Positions 37,108 to 46,563 of a stretch of 64,000 bases of DNA are shown here, piece after piece. Source of the stretch: Geopsychrobacteraceae bacterium (GTDB taxonomy: Bacteria; Desulfobacterota; Desulfuromonadia; Desulfuromonadales; Geopsychrobacteraceae); NCBI GenBank assembly GCA_963662315.1, contig OY759353.1, forward strand, positions 3,264,001-3,328,000. The letters run 5' to 3'. The notes beneath the pieces were generated by a model. It did no database searches. It saw nothing but the letters and a program-made list of their open reading frames with translations, and was not told the DNA's origin. Made by a program: the position numbers and the translations under genes. How positions within the stretch are numbered: position 1 is the first letter of the stretch; every line of letters starts with the position of its first letter.

Positions 37108-37941
37108 ATGTTTATTAACGATTCGACTATTGAACGCTGGATCGAGGAAGATGTTCCCGGTTTGGATCTGACCTCTCATTTGCTGGGGGTCGCAAAGGTT
37201 GCTGCAACCATTACCCTGAGTGCGCGCCACGAAACAGCCCTGTGTGGTGTCGCGGAAGCTGCTATGGTGTTCCAGAAGCTGGGGGCGCGGGTGGAGCAGC
37301 TGCAATGCGACGGTGCGGTGGTTCAGAAAGGGACGGAGATTCTCCGTGCCTTTGGTGATGGTGCCATGATTCACGCCGGCTGGCGCGTCGCTCTGAACCT
37401 TGTGGAATACGCTTCCGGGATCGCGACACGAACCTCACGAATGGTCCAGCAGGCTCGTCAGCATGGGGATGTACTGGTGTGTGGTACGCGTAAGGCTTTT
37501 CCCGGTGGACGCAAACTTTCACAAAAAGCATTACTGGCCGGAGGAGGCGTTCCGCATCGCCTTGGATTGGGAGAAACAGTCTTGATTTTTCCTCATCACT
37601 ACCATCTCATCGGTTTGGATAATTTTCTTAAACGGATGCCGGAAATTAAACGGGCTGCACGGGAAAAGAAGATCGGCGTTGAGGTCGAAAGTCTGGAGGA
37701 TGCCGAGCGAATGGCCAGCCATGGTGCAGATATCATCCAGCTCGATAAATGTTCCGCAGCCGTTGCGGCACAGGTCGTTGCTGCCCTGCGGCCACGCTAT
37801 CCGAATCTGGTGATCGGTGCCGCCGGTGGTGTCAATGCTGATAATGCGGCGGAGTATGCCGCAACCGGTGTTGATATGCTGGTAACCTCGTGGATGTATT
37901 TCGGTAAGCCGGCGGATATTAAGGCTGTCATTGAAAAATAA
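37108..37941 (+). CDS. modD: ModD (NadC/QAPRTase-like protein)
   Basis: EEDVPGLDLTS, YASGIATRT, GTRKAFPG, HRLGLGET, IIQLDK, AAGGVN, KPADI. Confidence 0.92.
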   Translation: MFINDSTIERWIEEDVPGLDLTSHLLGVAKVAATITLSARHETALCGVAEAAMVFQKLGARVEQLQCDGAVVQKGTEILRAFGDGAMIHAGWRVALNLVEYASGIATRTSRMVQQARQHGDVLVCGTRKAFPGGRKLSQKALLAGGGVPHRLGLGETVLIFPHHYHLIGLDNFLKRMPEIKRAAREKKIGVEVESLEDAERMASHGADIIQLDKCSAAVAAQVVAALRPRYPNLVIGAAGGVNADNAAEYAATGVDMLVTSWMYFGKPADIKAVIEK

Positions 37942-38003
37942 AAATCAATATTTCTCTTTCGCTATGTCTGATTATGCTTAAAATAAATAGCGAAAACAGC
38001 GAT

Positions 38004-38049
38004 AAACAAAAAGTCCCATTCGGTTATCCGGGTGGGACTTTTTGTTTTT
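38004..38049 (+). terminator. Rho-independent terminator after modD
   Basis: AAACAAAAAGTCCCA...TGGGACTTTTTGTTT. Confidence 0.85.
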
Positions 38050-38081
38050 ATCAATATGTCTTGTTTTGTGCAAATACTCGC

Positions 38082-38145
38082 TTGACTCTTTTTGTATTTC
38101 GTTATACCAATCATTATTATTTATAAAATAACGAAAGGAATAGCG
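38082..38145 (+). promoter_or_regulatory. modA promoter with four-half-site operator
   Basis: TTGACT -35, then CGTTAT-N6-CATTAT-N10-ATAACG-N6-ATAGCG (38100-38145). Confidence 0.65.
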
Positions 38146-38147
38146 AT

Positions 38148-38858
38148 ATGCGATTCTTGGTTCTGTTTTTCTTCATTATGGTCAGCGTAACAAGTGCCCA
38201 GGCCGCTGTGTTGCGCACCGCTTCAGGGGCTGGGTATAAAAAGATCGTTGAACAATGGGCGACGCTGTATGAACAGACCACCGGGCATAAGGCCGAGCGT
38301 ATCTATGGCAACATGGGACAGATTTCTGCACAGGTGAAACAGGGCGGAGGGATCTGCCTTGTGGTCGGCGATAAGTCCTATCTGTCCAGGGCCGCTCTGC
38401 CCATCCAGTCTTTTGTTCTCCTTGGACAGGGGCGTCCGGTGCTGGTCAGTCGTAAAGGATTAACTCTCTCTTCTGTTGCTGACCTTGCAAAGCCAGAATT
38501 TGCCAGAATTTCCGCTCCAGATTATCAAAAGGCCATCTACGGTCGGGCCGCTCATCAGATACTCAGTCAGAAGCAGTACCTGGGGATTCTTGACAAGGTC
38601 ATGCCAGTCGGAACCGTACCGCGCAGTGGTGCTTATGCCATTAGCGGTGAAGTCGATGCCGCTTTTGTCAATATGAGCTTTGCCATGGCCAACAAGGATA
38701 AGTTTGGCAGCATGCTTGAACTGACCGCAGGATTTGAAGCGATTGAGATCGTCGCGGGTATCATTAAAGGGTGCGAAACTCAGGCTGAAGTCGGTGAATT
38801 TGTCAGTCTGCTCAGCAGTGATTCCATGCAGGCAAACCGGGTTGCCGCAGGGTTATGA
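38148..38858 (+). CDS. modA: Molybdate ABC transporter substrate-binding protein
   Basis: Signal peptide, ASGAGY, YGNMG, AIYGRAA, GEVDAAFV; upstream of modB. Confidence 0.85.
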   Translation: MRFLVLFFFIMVSVTSAQAAVLRTASGAGYKKIVEQWATLYEQTTGHKAERIYGNMGQISAQVKQGGGICLVVGDKSYLSRAALPIQSFVLLGQGRPVLVSRKGLTLSSVADLAKPEFARISAPDYQKAIYGRAAHQILSQKQYLGILDKVMPVGTVPRSGAYAISGEVDAAFVNMSFAMANKDKFGSMLELTAGFEAIEIVAGIIKGCETQAEVGEFVSLLSSDSMQANRVAAGL

Positions 38859-39559
38859 CTTCCGCTGCTGGCAATTGGTGGCAGGTTTACACTTCTGATG
38901 CGGTGCTGTTTTCTTTGGGGCTGACCGGAAAAATCTGTGTCTATGCCCTGATCCTGCAGCTGTTTATCGGGGTGCCATTGGCCTGGTATCTGTCAGGCAA
39001 AAACACGCCGCTACGCGGTGCGCTGGAAAGCCTGGTAACCTTTCCCCTGATTTTTCCGCCGATTGCGACCGGCTATCTGCTTCTGGTGCTGCTCGGACGC
39101 ATGAGTTTCCTCGGGGGCTTAGCCGACCGCCTGCTGGGAGTCGAGATTGTCTTCTCCTTTCCCGGTATTGTCATCGCTGCGTTTATAGCCGGTTTGCCCC
39201 TGGTGATCAAGCCGATCCAGGCTGCCATCCGTACCTTTGGGGATGATCTCATTCTGGCGTCTTACACCCTTGGACGGGGGCGCTTGGCCACCTTTGTCAA
39301 TATTACTCTGCCAAGTGTGCGGCGCAGTATCATGTCCGGTCTGCTGCTGGGGCTGGGTCGTTCTCTGGGAGAGGTCGGTATTACCCTGATGCTGGGGGGG
39401 AACATTATCGGCAAAACCAACACCCTGTCTCTGGAAGTGTTCAATGCGGTATACGATGGTGATTTTGAGCGTGCCACCGCACTGTGTCTGTTGTTGTTCG
39501 TCGTATCTTTGTTGATGTTTTCAGGGATTCGCCACCTGTCGCGGGAGGCAACACGTTAA
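38855..39559 (+). CDS. modB: Molybdate ABC transporter permease
   Basis: PLIFPPIATGYLLL, RSLGEVGITLMLGGNIIGKTNT. Confidence 0.93.
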   Translation: MTSAAGNWWQVYTSDAVLFSLGLTGKICVYALILQLFIGVPLAWYLSGKNTPLRGALESLVTFPLIFPPIATGYLLLVLLGRMSFLGGLADRLLGVEIVFSFPGIVIAAFIAGLPLVIKPIQAAIRTFGDDLILASYTLGRGRLATFVNITLPSVRRSIMSGLLLGLGRSLGEVGITLMLGGNIIGKTNTLSLEVFNAVYDGDFERATALCLLLFVVSLLMFSGIRHLSREATR

Positions 39560-39622
39560 TGGCTGTTTGCACTGTATCCTTTTGTTATGAAATTTCTTTG
39601 ACTGCATTGAGGTCTCTGCCAC

Positions 39623-40513
39623 ATGGTTATGCCGCATGTCTGCGGGGAAGAAATATCTTCCCTGTCCACGGAATCTAAACCCATCAGTATCATTGATCAG
39701 ACAGCAGCTTATCTCGATCAAAAGCTGGGTGTTGAGCTTGTTGAGCTGCGGGTCGAGCGACTGATTATCGGGGTCTTTTTTACCGGGATCAAATTAAGTA
39801 ACGGTTGCGCCGGTGTTGCCTATACTCCCCCGGAACTTATTGATCGAGCGAGTCAGCACATTCTCAAAGAACGCATGACAGAATTTGCGGGGCTGCCGGT
39901 CAGTGCCATTTTACAGCACCAGATCACCTCTCCTTTTTCCGAAATAATCCGTCTGGCAACATTAAACGCGCTGTCTCTATTGCTGTTTGATCAATACGAG
40001 ACGCAGTCGCAGGCTGGTCTCGCTGACTTTGCCACCTTATATACGCGGCGCAAAGTCTGTCTGGTCGGGGCCATCATACCGCTGCTGAAGCAACTGAAAC
40101 AGTATCAGCCGCAAACGGTGGCGATCATCGATAAAAAGGAAGCGACCCAGCAGGAGGCAAAAGCAGGGTGGGGAACTTTTTATCAGCCGGACGAGCTGCC
40201 CCGCCAGTTGGCCAGCTGTGACACGGCAATTTTCACCGGTGCTGCGGTTGCCAACGGTAGTATCGAGGAATTGCTGGCTTTAACGCCGCCAGAAGCAGCG
40301 ATTGCCATCGTCGGACCAAGTGCCGGTTTTATCCCCGATGCGTTGTTTGAGCGTGGCGTTGCGGTGGTCGGTACCTCGGTGGTGACGGCAGCCGATACGG
40401 CCTTACGCATTCTGGCCGAAGGGGGTGGCGGCTACCATCTGTTCGGGAAGTGCATGGATAAATTGAACCTGATAAACCGGGCGCGTTTGGCGCAGCTTGG
40501 CTTAACTCTCTAG
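39623..40513 (+). CDS. DUF364 / Rossmann-like domain protein
   Basis: IIGVFFTGIKL, RLATLNAL, VCLVG, IFTGAAVANGS, VGPSA, AEGGG; start uncertain. Confidence 0.8.
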   Translation: MVMPHVCGEEISSLSTESKPISIIDQTAAYLDQKLGVELVELRVERLIIGVFFTGIKLSNGCAGVAYTPPELIDRASQHILKERMTEFAGLPVSAILQHQITSPFSEIIRLATLNALSLLLFDQYETQSQAGLADFATLYTRRKVCLVGAIIPLLKQLKQYQPQTVAIIDKKEATQQEAKAGWGTFYQPDELPRQLASCDTAIFTGAAVANGSIEELLALTPPEAAIAIVGPSAGFIPDALFERGVAVVGTSVVTAADTALRILAEGGGGYHLFGKCMDKLNLINRARLAQLGLTL

Positions 40514-40528
40514 AAAAGGATCGAACGT

Positions 40529-41113
40529 ATGGGTAACTACAAAGAGCATGAGAACGATTATCCAGGCCTGCTGAAAATTGCCGGTGATTTTCATGGCGAT
40601 ATCTGTGCCGGTATCGAAATCGGCACACGGATGACCATGTGTGGTCTCAAGCAGATCGGCATCAGCGATCCGACTGGTGCCGAGCGTAAGAAGCTGATCG
40701 TTTATGTCGAAATCGATCGTTGCGCCACCGACGCGATCATGGCTTTGACCGGCTGTCGGCCAGGCAAGCGCACCATGAAAATACGTGACTACGGCAAAAT
40801 GGCGGCAACCTTTATTAATCTCGATTCAGGGCAGGCGGTACGTGTGGCGACACGGGCCAAGAAAAAGACCGATGATGGGCAAAAACGTGATTTTTCGCTG
40901 CTGGCGGATGAGGAACTGTTTTCGGTCAGCGCAGTAACGGTTGACCTGAAGCCTGAGGATCTTCCCGGGCTGCCGGTCCGGCGCGCCAGTTGTTCCCGTT
41001 GTGGTGAAAGCGTACTCGATGGGCGCGAGGTTGAACAGGGTGCTACGACCCTTTGTCAAACCTGTGCTGCCGGTGTCGATTACTATACGGAGTGGTTACC
41101 CAAGGCCGGTTGA
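40529..41113 (+). CDS. FmdE family protein with C-terminal Zn finger
   Basis: FHGDICAG, EIDRCATDA, TGCRPGK, DYGKMAATF, CSRC...CQTC. Confidence 0.9.
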   Translation: MGNYKEHENDYPGLLKIAGDFHGDICAGIEIGTRMTMCGLKQIGISDPTGAERKKLIVYVEIDRCATDAIMALTGCRPGKRTMKIRDYGKMAATFINLDSGQAVRVATRAKKKTDDGQKRDFSLLADEELFSVSAVTVDLKPEDLPGLPVRRASCSRCGESVLDGREVEQGATTLCQTCAAGVDYYTEWLPKAG

Positions 41114-41144
41114 AAAATGCTCAGAGGAGTCCGGGAGAATAACC

Positions 41145-41759
41145 ATGGTTAAGGATGTTACTCGTTATAACCGCATGGCCCTGGAGGTGAATGCTCCAGT
41201 CTATGCTTACTATGCGGAAAAAATTCTGGAGGAAACCGGAGTTTATCAAGGGGTTTGCCTCGATGTCGGCTGTGGCGGTGGGTATCTTGGCCTGGCCTTG
41301 GCACCTCTGTGCCAACTTGATTTTGTCTTTCTCGATCAATCACCAGCCATGCTCGATTGTGCGCGGACCAATATCAGCCGCTTTCAGCTTCAGCAGCGCG
41401 CAACGACCGTGGTTGCATCGGTACAGGCGATGCCTCTGTGTGATGCGACGGTTGATCTGGTTGTCAGTCGTGGTTCCGTGCCGTTCTGGGATGATCTGCC
41501 AGGCGCATTTTCTGAACTGTATCGGGTTTTGCGGCCAGGTGGGCGTGCCTATGTCGGGGGTGGGATGGGACCACCGCAATTGCGGGAACGGCTGCTGAGC
41601 AAGGCAAGAAAACTCGATTCGGACTGGCAACGGGGGAAACCGACGATTCCCTGGCGCCCACCCGGCGCATATGAAAATGCTCTGGATGCGGCAGGGATTA
41701 GTAACTATGACATCAGCCGCACGGAAGATGGCACCTGGATCCAGTTTGCTAAAGGATAA
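41145..41759 (+). CDS. Class I SAM-dependent methyltransferase
   Basis: LDVGCGGG, DLVVSRGSVPFW, VLRPGG, GGGMG. Confidence 0.9.
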   Translation: MVKDVTRYNRMALEVNAPVYAYYAEKILEETGVYQGVCLDVGCGGGYLGLALAPLCQLDFVFLDQSPAMLDCARTNISRFQLQQRATTVVASVQAMPLCDATVDLVVSRGSVPFWDDLPGAFSELYRVLRPGGRAYVGGGMGPPQLRERLLSKARKLDSDWQRGKPTIPWRPPGAYENALDAAGISNYDISRTEDGTWIQFAKG

Positions 41760-41821
41760 CTCTGAACCGGGGGCCTATGACTGTGCAGGTCTCACCACAA
41801 TGAACAGGAGTAAATCATATC

Positions 41822-42451
41822 ATGATGAAATTTGACGCCCAGAAATACCGGCAGACAGACCAACGTTTTACGCCGGTATATCAGCAGATTGCCGACCAGA
41901 TTCTGAGCGCGACCGGGAAGACCAGTGGTGTGTGCGTAGACCTGGGGTGTGGGCCTGGAGGTTTGGGGAAGGCATTGCTCGATAAGTCGGACCTGTTTGT
42001 CCATTTTTTCGATCAGTCGGTGGAAATGCTTGAACAGGTCGATGAAAAGATGTCAGCAGCCGGAACCCATTGGCGTTCCAGCATCATTTGCGGGGATATC
42101 GCTTGCATTGACCTGGCCGATGCTTCCGTCGACCTGGCCGTCAGTCGTGGTTCCATCTTCTTCTGGGAGGACCTTGAAGCAGCCTTTCGCGAAATCGAGC
42201 GGATACTGGCCTCCGGAGGCTGGGGCTATATCGGGGGCGGCTTCGGATCACGGCAGCTCAAAGAAGAAATCACCTCGCAAATGAACGCTGACCCGGACAA
42301 TATCAAGGGGGATTTCCGCAATAAAATTAAACGAAACCTCGGTCCTGAATCTCGTGAGCGCTTCGAAAAGGCCCTGCAGCGTAGTGGTATTGGTAATTAT
42401 TCAATTGTGCAGAACGAGGATATCGGTCTGTGGATTCAAATCAGGAAGTAA
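41822..42451 (+). CDS. Class I SAM-dependent methyltransferase
   Basis: VDLGCGPG, DLAVSRGSIFFW, GGGFG. Confidence 0.9.
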   Translation: MMKFDAQKYRQTDQRFTPVYQQIADQILSATGKTSGVCVDLGCGPGGLGKALLDKSDLFVHFFDQSVEMLEQVDEKMSAAGTHWRSSIICGDIACIDLADASVDLAVSRGSIFFWEDLEAAFREIERILASGGWGYIGGGFGSRQLKEEITSQMNADPDNIKGDFRNKIKRNLGPESRERFEKALQRSGIGNYSIVQNEDIGLWIQIRK

Positions 42452-42454
42452 GCC

Positions 42455-44230
42455 ATGCTGAGCCGGGAATGTTATATCTGTGAACGTGGCTGTCATTTGC
42501 AGGATGGTCAAAGTGGTGCCTGTGGCATGTATGAACTGCAGGGGGATGTGATTGTTGAACGTTTTCCCGGTCACTACCTGGTGGCCTGCCCGATTTCCAT
42601 TGAAACCATGCCGTTGCTGCATTTTTACCCGGGGGGCAAATTTCTACAGATTACCTCGACCGGCTGCAACTTCTCCTGCCCCGGCTGTATTTCCACGGTG
42701 CTGGTCCACGAACTGGATCATAACAGCCTGGCCCTGCAGCATTTAAGTGCCGAGCAAGTAGTGGATAAAGCGCATGCTGGAGGGTGTCTGGGAATCGCTT
42801 ACGTCATGAATGATCCATTGGCGGCATTCCCCAGCTTTCTGGCCATCGCCAAACAGGCCAAGAGCAAAGGCTTATTGGTCGGCTGCTCGACCAACGCCTA
42901 CTTCACCGAGCAGTCTCTGCAGCAGTTGCTCCCCTTCCTTGATTTCATTAACGTTGGACTGAAGGGTTTTGGCGCTGCCGCGTACCGGGCCTGTGGTGCA
43001 CCAGGTATTGCCCCGGTATTGCGCAATATCAAAACCCTTTACAGTGCTGGTGTCCATGTGGAAATTTCGGCCATCCTGACCCGGAGCAACGCTCAGGAAA
43101 TTGAAGACCTGGCCGCCTTTCTGGCCACCATCGCGCGGCACATACCATTGCAGATCATGCGCTTTCTCCCCTTTGAGGCGGCTGCCCCAGAACTTGAACC
43201 GAGTATTGCTGCTGCGGAACAGACGGTGACCAACTTAAGGTCGGTCCTTGACTATGTCTACCTGTTTAACTCGCCGGGCACCACCCTGTTGGACACCTCT
43301 TGTCCCGAGTGCGGCGCTGTGCAGTTACACCGCCAGTTTTATGGCCCGATGGGGGCGAAGCTGCTGCCGGGTTCGGGGCTAGAGCGGGAAGGGTGTGGCC
43401 ACCCGATCATGGTGCGGGGGACAGTGGCTGACGAGCAGTTTCAGGAGCAGGATTTTCAGGGTGGCTATCCCTTCACCCGGGCCCTGGAAATGGTTGAAGC
43501 CCTGCTGATTGCCATGGGAGTAACAGAGAAACGGGTTGTCGCCAGGGCTTGGGAGTACCTGCTCAGGCCGGGTGGTTTGCAGCAGCTGCATCATGCCATT
43601 CAGCAGCCACGCGCTTATATTCAGCTGGTGCGTGAATTCGGGGAACTGGTGGGTGTGTCTGACAAGGCCGGACAGCTGGCGGCCTTTCTGGAAGAGCGGG
43701 TAGCACGGGTTGAGGCCGCGGTGGCCGGAGTGAGTGAGCCGCCGCGTGTTTACTACGCCATGGGAACCCCCCTTTTCTATATCAACGGTGGGCGGCTGGA
43801 AAATGAGCTGGTGGTCATGGCTGGGGGGCATAGCTGCAACCGGGAACTGCCGGAAGGGGGCCGTCCCGGGCGTAATATAAGTGTAAAACGGTTTAACCAG
43901 CTGAATCCCCAGGTGATCTTTATTTCCGCCTTTATCGACAACAATGTTGCCGATTTCAGCACCCTGTGCCGACACCTCGGATTAACCGCCGAGGCCGTTG
44001 CGGCCCAACAGATTCACGTGCATCCGGCACCCGGCTGGGATTTTGGCAGTCCGCGCTGGATTCTGGGACTGATGAATATCGCCAATATCCTCCACCCGGA
44101 GTATTGCCAGTTCGATGTACTGGCTGAGGCGGAGCAGCTGTATCGTGAATTTTATCAGCGCACTTTTGACCCGACTTTGGTGAACCGCTCTTTCAGTAAG
44201 CCGGATTGTCAGTGGCGCTGGCTGGATTAA
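42455..44230 (+). CDS. Radical SAM protein (AmmeMemoRadiSam/PFL-AE-like) fused to a periplasmic-binding-protein-like domain
   Basis: CYICERGC...C, IETMPLLHFYPG, GCNFSCPGC, CPEC; C-terminal PRVYYAM...LNPQVIF...WDFGSPRWILGL..IANILHP. Confidence 0.85.
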   Translation: MLSRECYICERGCHLQDGQSGACGMYELQGDVIVERFPGHYLVACPISIETMPLLHFYPGGKFLQITSTGCNFSCPGCISTVLVHELDHNSLALQHLSAEQVVDKAHAGGCLGIAYVMNDPLAAFPSFLAIAKQAKSKGLLVGCSTNAYFTEQSLQQLLPFLDFINVGLKGFGAAAYRACGAPGIAPVLRNIKTLYSAGVHVEISAILTRSNAQEIEDLAAFLATIARHIPLQIMRFLPFEAAAPELEPSIAAAEQTVTNLRSVLDYVYLFNSPGTTLLDTSCPECGAVQLHRQFYGPMGAKLLPGSGLEREGCGHPIMVRGTVADEQFQEQDFQGGYPFTRALEMVEALLIAMGVTEKRVVARAWEYLLRPGGLQQLHHAIQQPRAYIQLVREFGELVGVSDKAGQLAAFLEERVARVEAAVAGVSEPPRVYYAMGTPLFYINGGRLENELVVMAGGHSCNRELPEGGRPGRNISVKRFNQLNPQVIFISAFIDNNVADFSTLCRHLGLTAEAVAAQQIHVHPAPGWDFGSPRWILGLMNIANILHPEYCQFDVLAEAEQLYREFYQRTFDPTLVNRSFSKPDCQWRWLD

Positions 44231-44339
44231 GCTTCTCCCCTGCTGCCACGGGGTGAGGACTGGTTAGCTGGCTTGGGATGTGCGGTTTTGTGGCGTAAAT
44301 GCCGCGCTCACTGGATAAGCGCAGCTAGGTCAGGCATGT

Positions 44340-44362
44340 CGTTATTTTTATTATATATATCG
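44340..44362 (+). promoter_or_regulatory. ModE-like box upstream of the TonB receptor operon
   Basis: CGTTAT-N11-ATATCG in an AT-rich context. Confidence 0.55.
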
Positions 44363-44452
44363 ATAGGTATTTTGAAGGAGTTCATCTGACCGCCACGGTT
44401 CTGGCGAACTCCCATTTTATAATTTAATTATAAATAAAACAGGAGGTTAGCT

Positions 44453-46510
44453 ATGTTTTTTAAAAAGTCTCTGACGGTGCCGATGGCCCTGTTGATGGTT
44501 GTGCTGGTGGGACAGCAGGTCGGCGCAGCTGTTGCGAGTGATACCCCCCAGCAATTGGCTAACATGACCGTGGTCGATCAGGACGCGACCACGCGTGAAG
44601 AGCTGAAAGTCGACAGTATTGAAAACCCCTACCGTGTCGAGGCCAGTTCGCGCGTGGCGATGGAGATTTTCTCCGCGGAGGATATTGCGAATCTTAATCC
44701 CAGTGATGTTTACGACCTGCTTGATAAGGCGGTTGGGATCAATCTGACCTATCAGGGGCGTAAGAGTCCGTTTTTTATAACACAACGTGGCGGCGGGAGT
44801 TTTACTTATATTGTTGATGGTGCCGTGCTCCCCTCAACGGTTAACCGCATTCTCTATAAGTTCCCGGTATCCTCCATCGAGCAGCTGCAGATTATGCGTG
44901 GGGCAACCGCCTTGACCCTCGGGCCGACGATCAATATTGGCGCGTCCAACTCCGGCTCCGGTCTGAATACCGGTTTTATTATCATCCGCACCAAGCAGCC
45001 ACAGGAAACCCAGGCCATCGTTGCTGCCAGTATCGAAAAATCAAAAGGTGGTCATCCGGCGGCCATGACGGAAGATCTGTACCTGGGGGCGCATTTTGGT
45101 GATCAGGACAATAAGCAGGGCTATGTCGGTGGCATGTTGGCGAACATGGATCGCCCCAGTCAGGATGACTGGTTTGACGGCCGCAGTGGCACTGGTGGCA
45201 TGCTTAACAGCGGGGCAACCTTGGGCAAACTTAGGTTCAACTTCATGTATTACCGGGACAAGGGGGATTTTGAGATGCAGCGCGGTATTAGCGTCGATGG
45301 CACCCTGTCAGATGTAAAATGGTATTACGATCCCCTCGAAACCAAGATCTACTCAGCGGATGCCAGTGTCATCTGGAGTCCCCGGCAAACAACGATCCTG
45401 AACCTGTTCCAGGTACAGTACGATCAGACTGAACACAACGACAGTTTTGCCAGCACGACGACCAGCACCAAGGAATATGAAGAGAAAACCAGTGGCATCG
45501 GCCTGCGCCATAACCTGCAATGGCACGATACTCTGCTGCAATTGGGTGGCCAGTTGTCCGACAGTAAAGGGGACGGTCCCAACCTGAGCAGCCGCTATAA
45601 TCGCTTTGATACCAGTGTCAAAGGCTGGTCGGCTTCACTGGAACAGAAATTTTTTGCTGACCACCTGGTGTTCGATCTCGGTTACCGGCGTGATGTTAAA
45701 CATATTAAATACTCCAGTACCAGTGCTGCTAATGATACTGCTAACAACAATGTCGATCTGGCTCCGGCTGAAGTGATTGCCGGTGGGGTTCACTGGCAGA
45801 TCAGTGATATGTTTGTTGTCGACGGGCGCTATTTTGCAGGCGATCAAGGGACTTCCGGGGATTTTGACCTGCGGACCCTAGATGGCTCAGATCTGCATGG
45901 AGAAAAACAGCAGCGCATTGAAGTTGCCCTGTCGGCCAACCTGATCTCCTGGTTCCGGCCCACCGTCACCTGGTTCGATGTTGATATCAAAAATGCCAAG
46001 TCAGCCACCACGACCACCTATGTCGAGGATGGCGATACCTACTACTACTACACCGAAGCAGATGAATTGCGGCGTGGCGTCGAACTGCTGATTGAAGGGA
46101 ATATCGGAAAGGATACCAGCTACAAAGCCAGCTGGACCAGAATGCTGGATAATGAAACGACCAGTGCCGGGGTAACCACCGACAATATCGGTGAGTCGGG
46201 CCCCAAAAATCTCTATTCCCTGTCCCTGATGCAGAAATGGCAGGCTTATCGTTTCAATGTTTCCGTCAAGAAAGTCGATGAATGGGCCAGTTCAAGCAGC
46301 CCCATGGGGACCGCCTCCTGGGGTGGCCTGGGTGACTATATTCGCGTCGATGCGAACGTCAAGCGCGATTTCGAGATCGCTGACACGCTGCTGACAGCGA
46401 CTCTGTATGGGCGGAACCTGGGGGATAAGCATTATTCAACCCGCTATGTCACCGGCTATTATCCAGACCGTGGTTTGACCGTCGGCCTGGGCTTACAGAT
46501 GCGCTACTAA
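44453..46510 (+). CDS. TonB-dependent receptor
   Basis: Signal peptide, plug motifs (VDG, IEQLQIMRG, GFIIIRTK), GRNLGDKHY, terminal aromatic residue. Confidence 0.88.
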   Translation: MFFKKSLTVPMALLMVVLVGQQVGAAVASDTPQQLANMTVVDQDATTREELKVDSIENPYRVEASSRVAMEIFSAEDIANLNPSDVYDLLDKAVGINLTYQGRKSPFFITQRGGGSFTYIVDGAVLPSTVNRILYKFPVSSIEQLQIMRGATALTLGPTINIGASNSGSGLNTGFIIIRTKQPQETQAIVAASIEKSKGGHPAAMTEDLYLGAHFGDQDNKQGYVGGMLANMDRPSQDDWFDGRSGTGGMLNSGATLGKLRFNFMYYRDKGDFEMQRGISVDGTLSDVKWYYDPLETKIYSADASVIWSPRQTTILNLFQVQYDQTEHNDSFASTTTSTKEYEEKTSGIGLRHNLQWHDTLLQLGGQLSDSKGDGPNLSSRYNRFDTSVKGWSASLEQKFFADHLVFDLGYRRDVKHIKYSSTSAANDTANNNVDLAPAEVIAGGVHWQISDMFVVDGRYFAGDQGTSGDFDLRTLDGSDLHGEKQQRIEVALSANLISWFRPTVTWFDVDIKNAKSATTTTYVEDGDTYYYYTEADELRRGVELLIEGNIGKDTSYKASWTRMLDNETTSAGVTTDNIGESGPKNLYSLSLMQKWQAYRFNVSVKKVDEWASSSSPMGTASWGGLGDYIRVDANVKRDFEIADTLLTATLYGRNLGDKHYSTRYVTGYYPDRGLTVGLGLQMRY

Positions 46511-46563
46511 ATCGTTTTATTAACGCAGCTTGTTACTCAGCAGTTATGTGGGGTGAGGGAAAC

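Noticed and set aside
44231..44452. Cobalamin, Moco or fluoride riboswitch before the TonB receptor operon (hairpins such as GGAGTTC...GAACTCC at ~44377-44413)
   Set aside because: No B12-box, Moco or crcB consensus could be recognised by eye; the hairpins alone are insufficient and need an Rfam scan.
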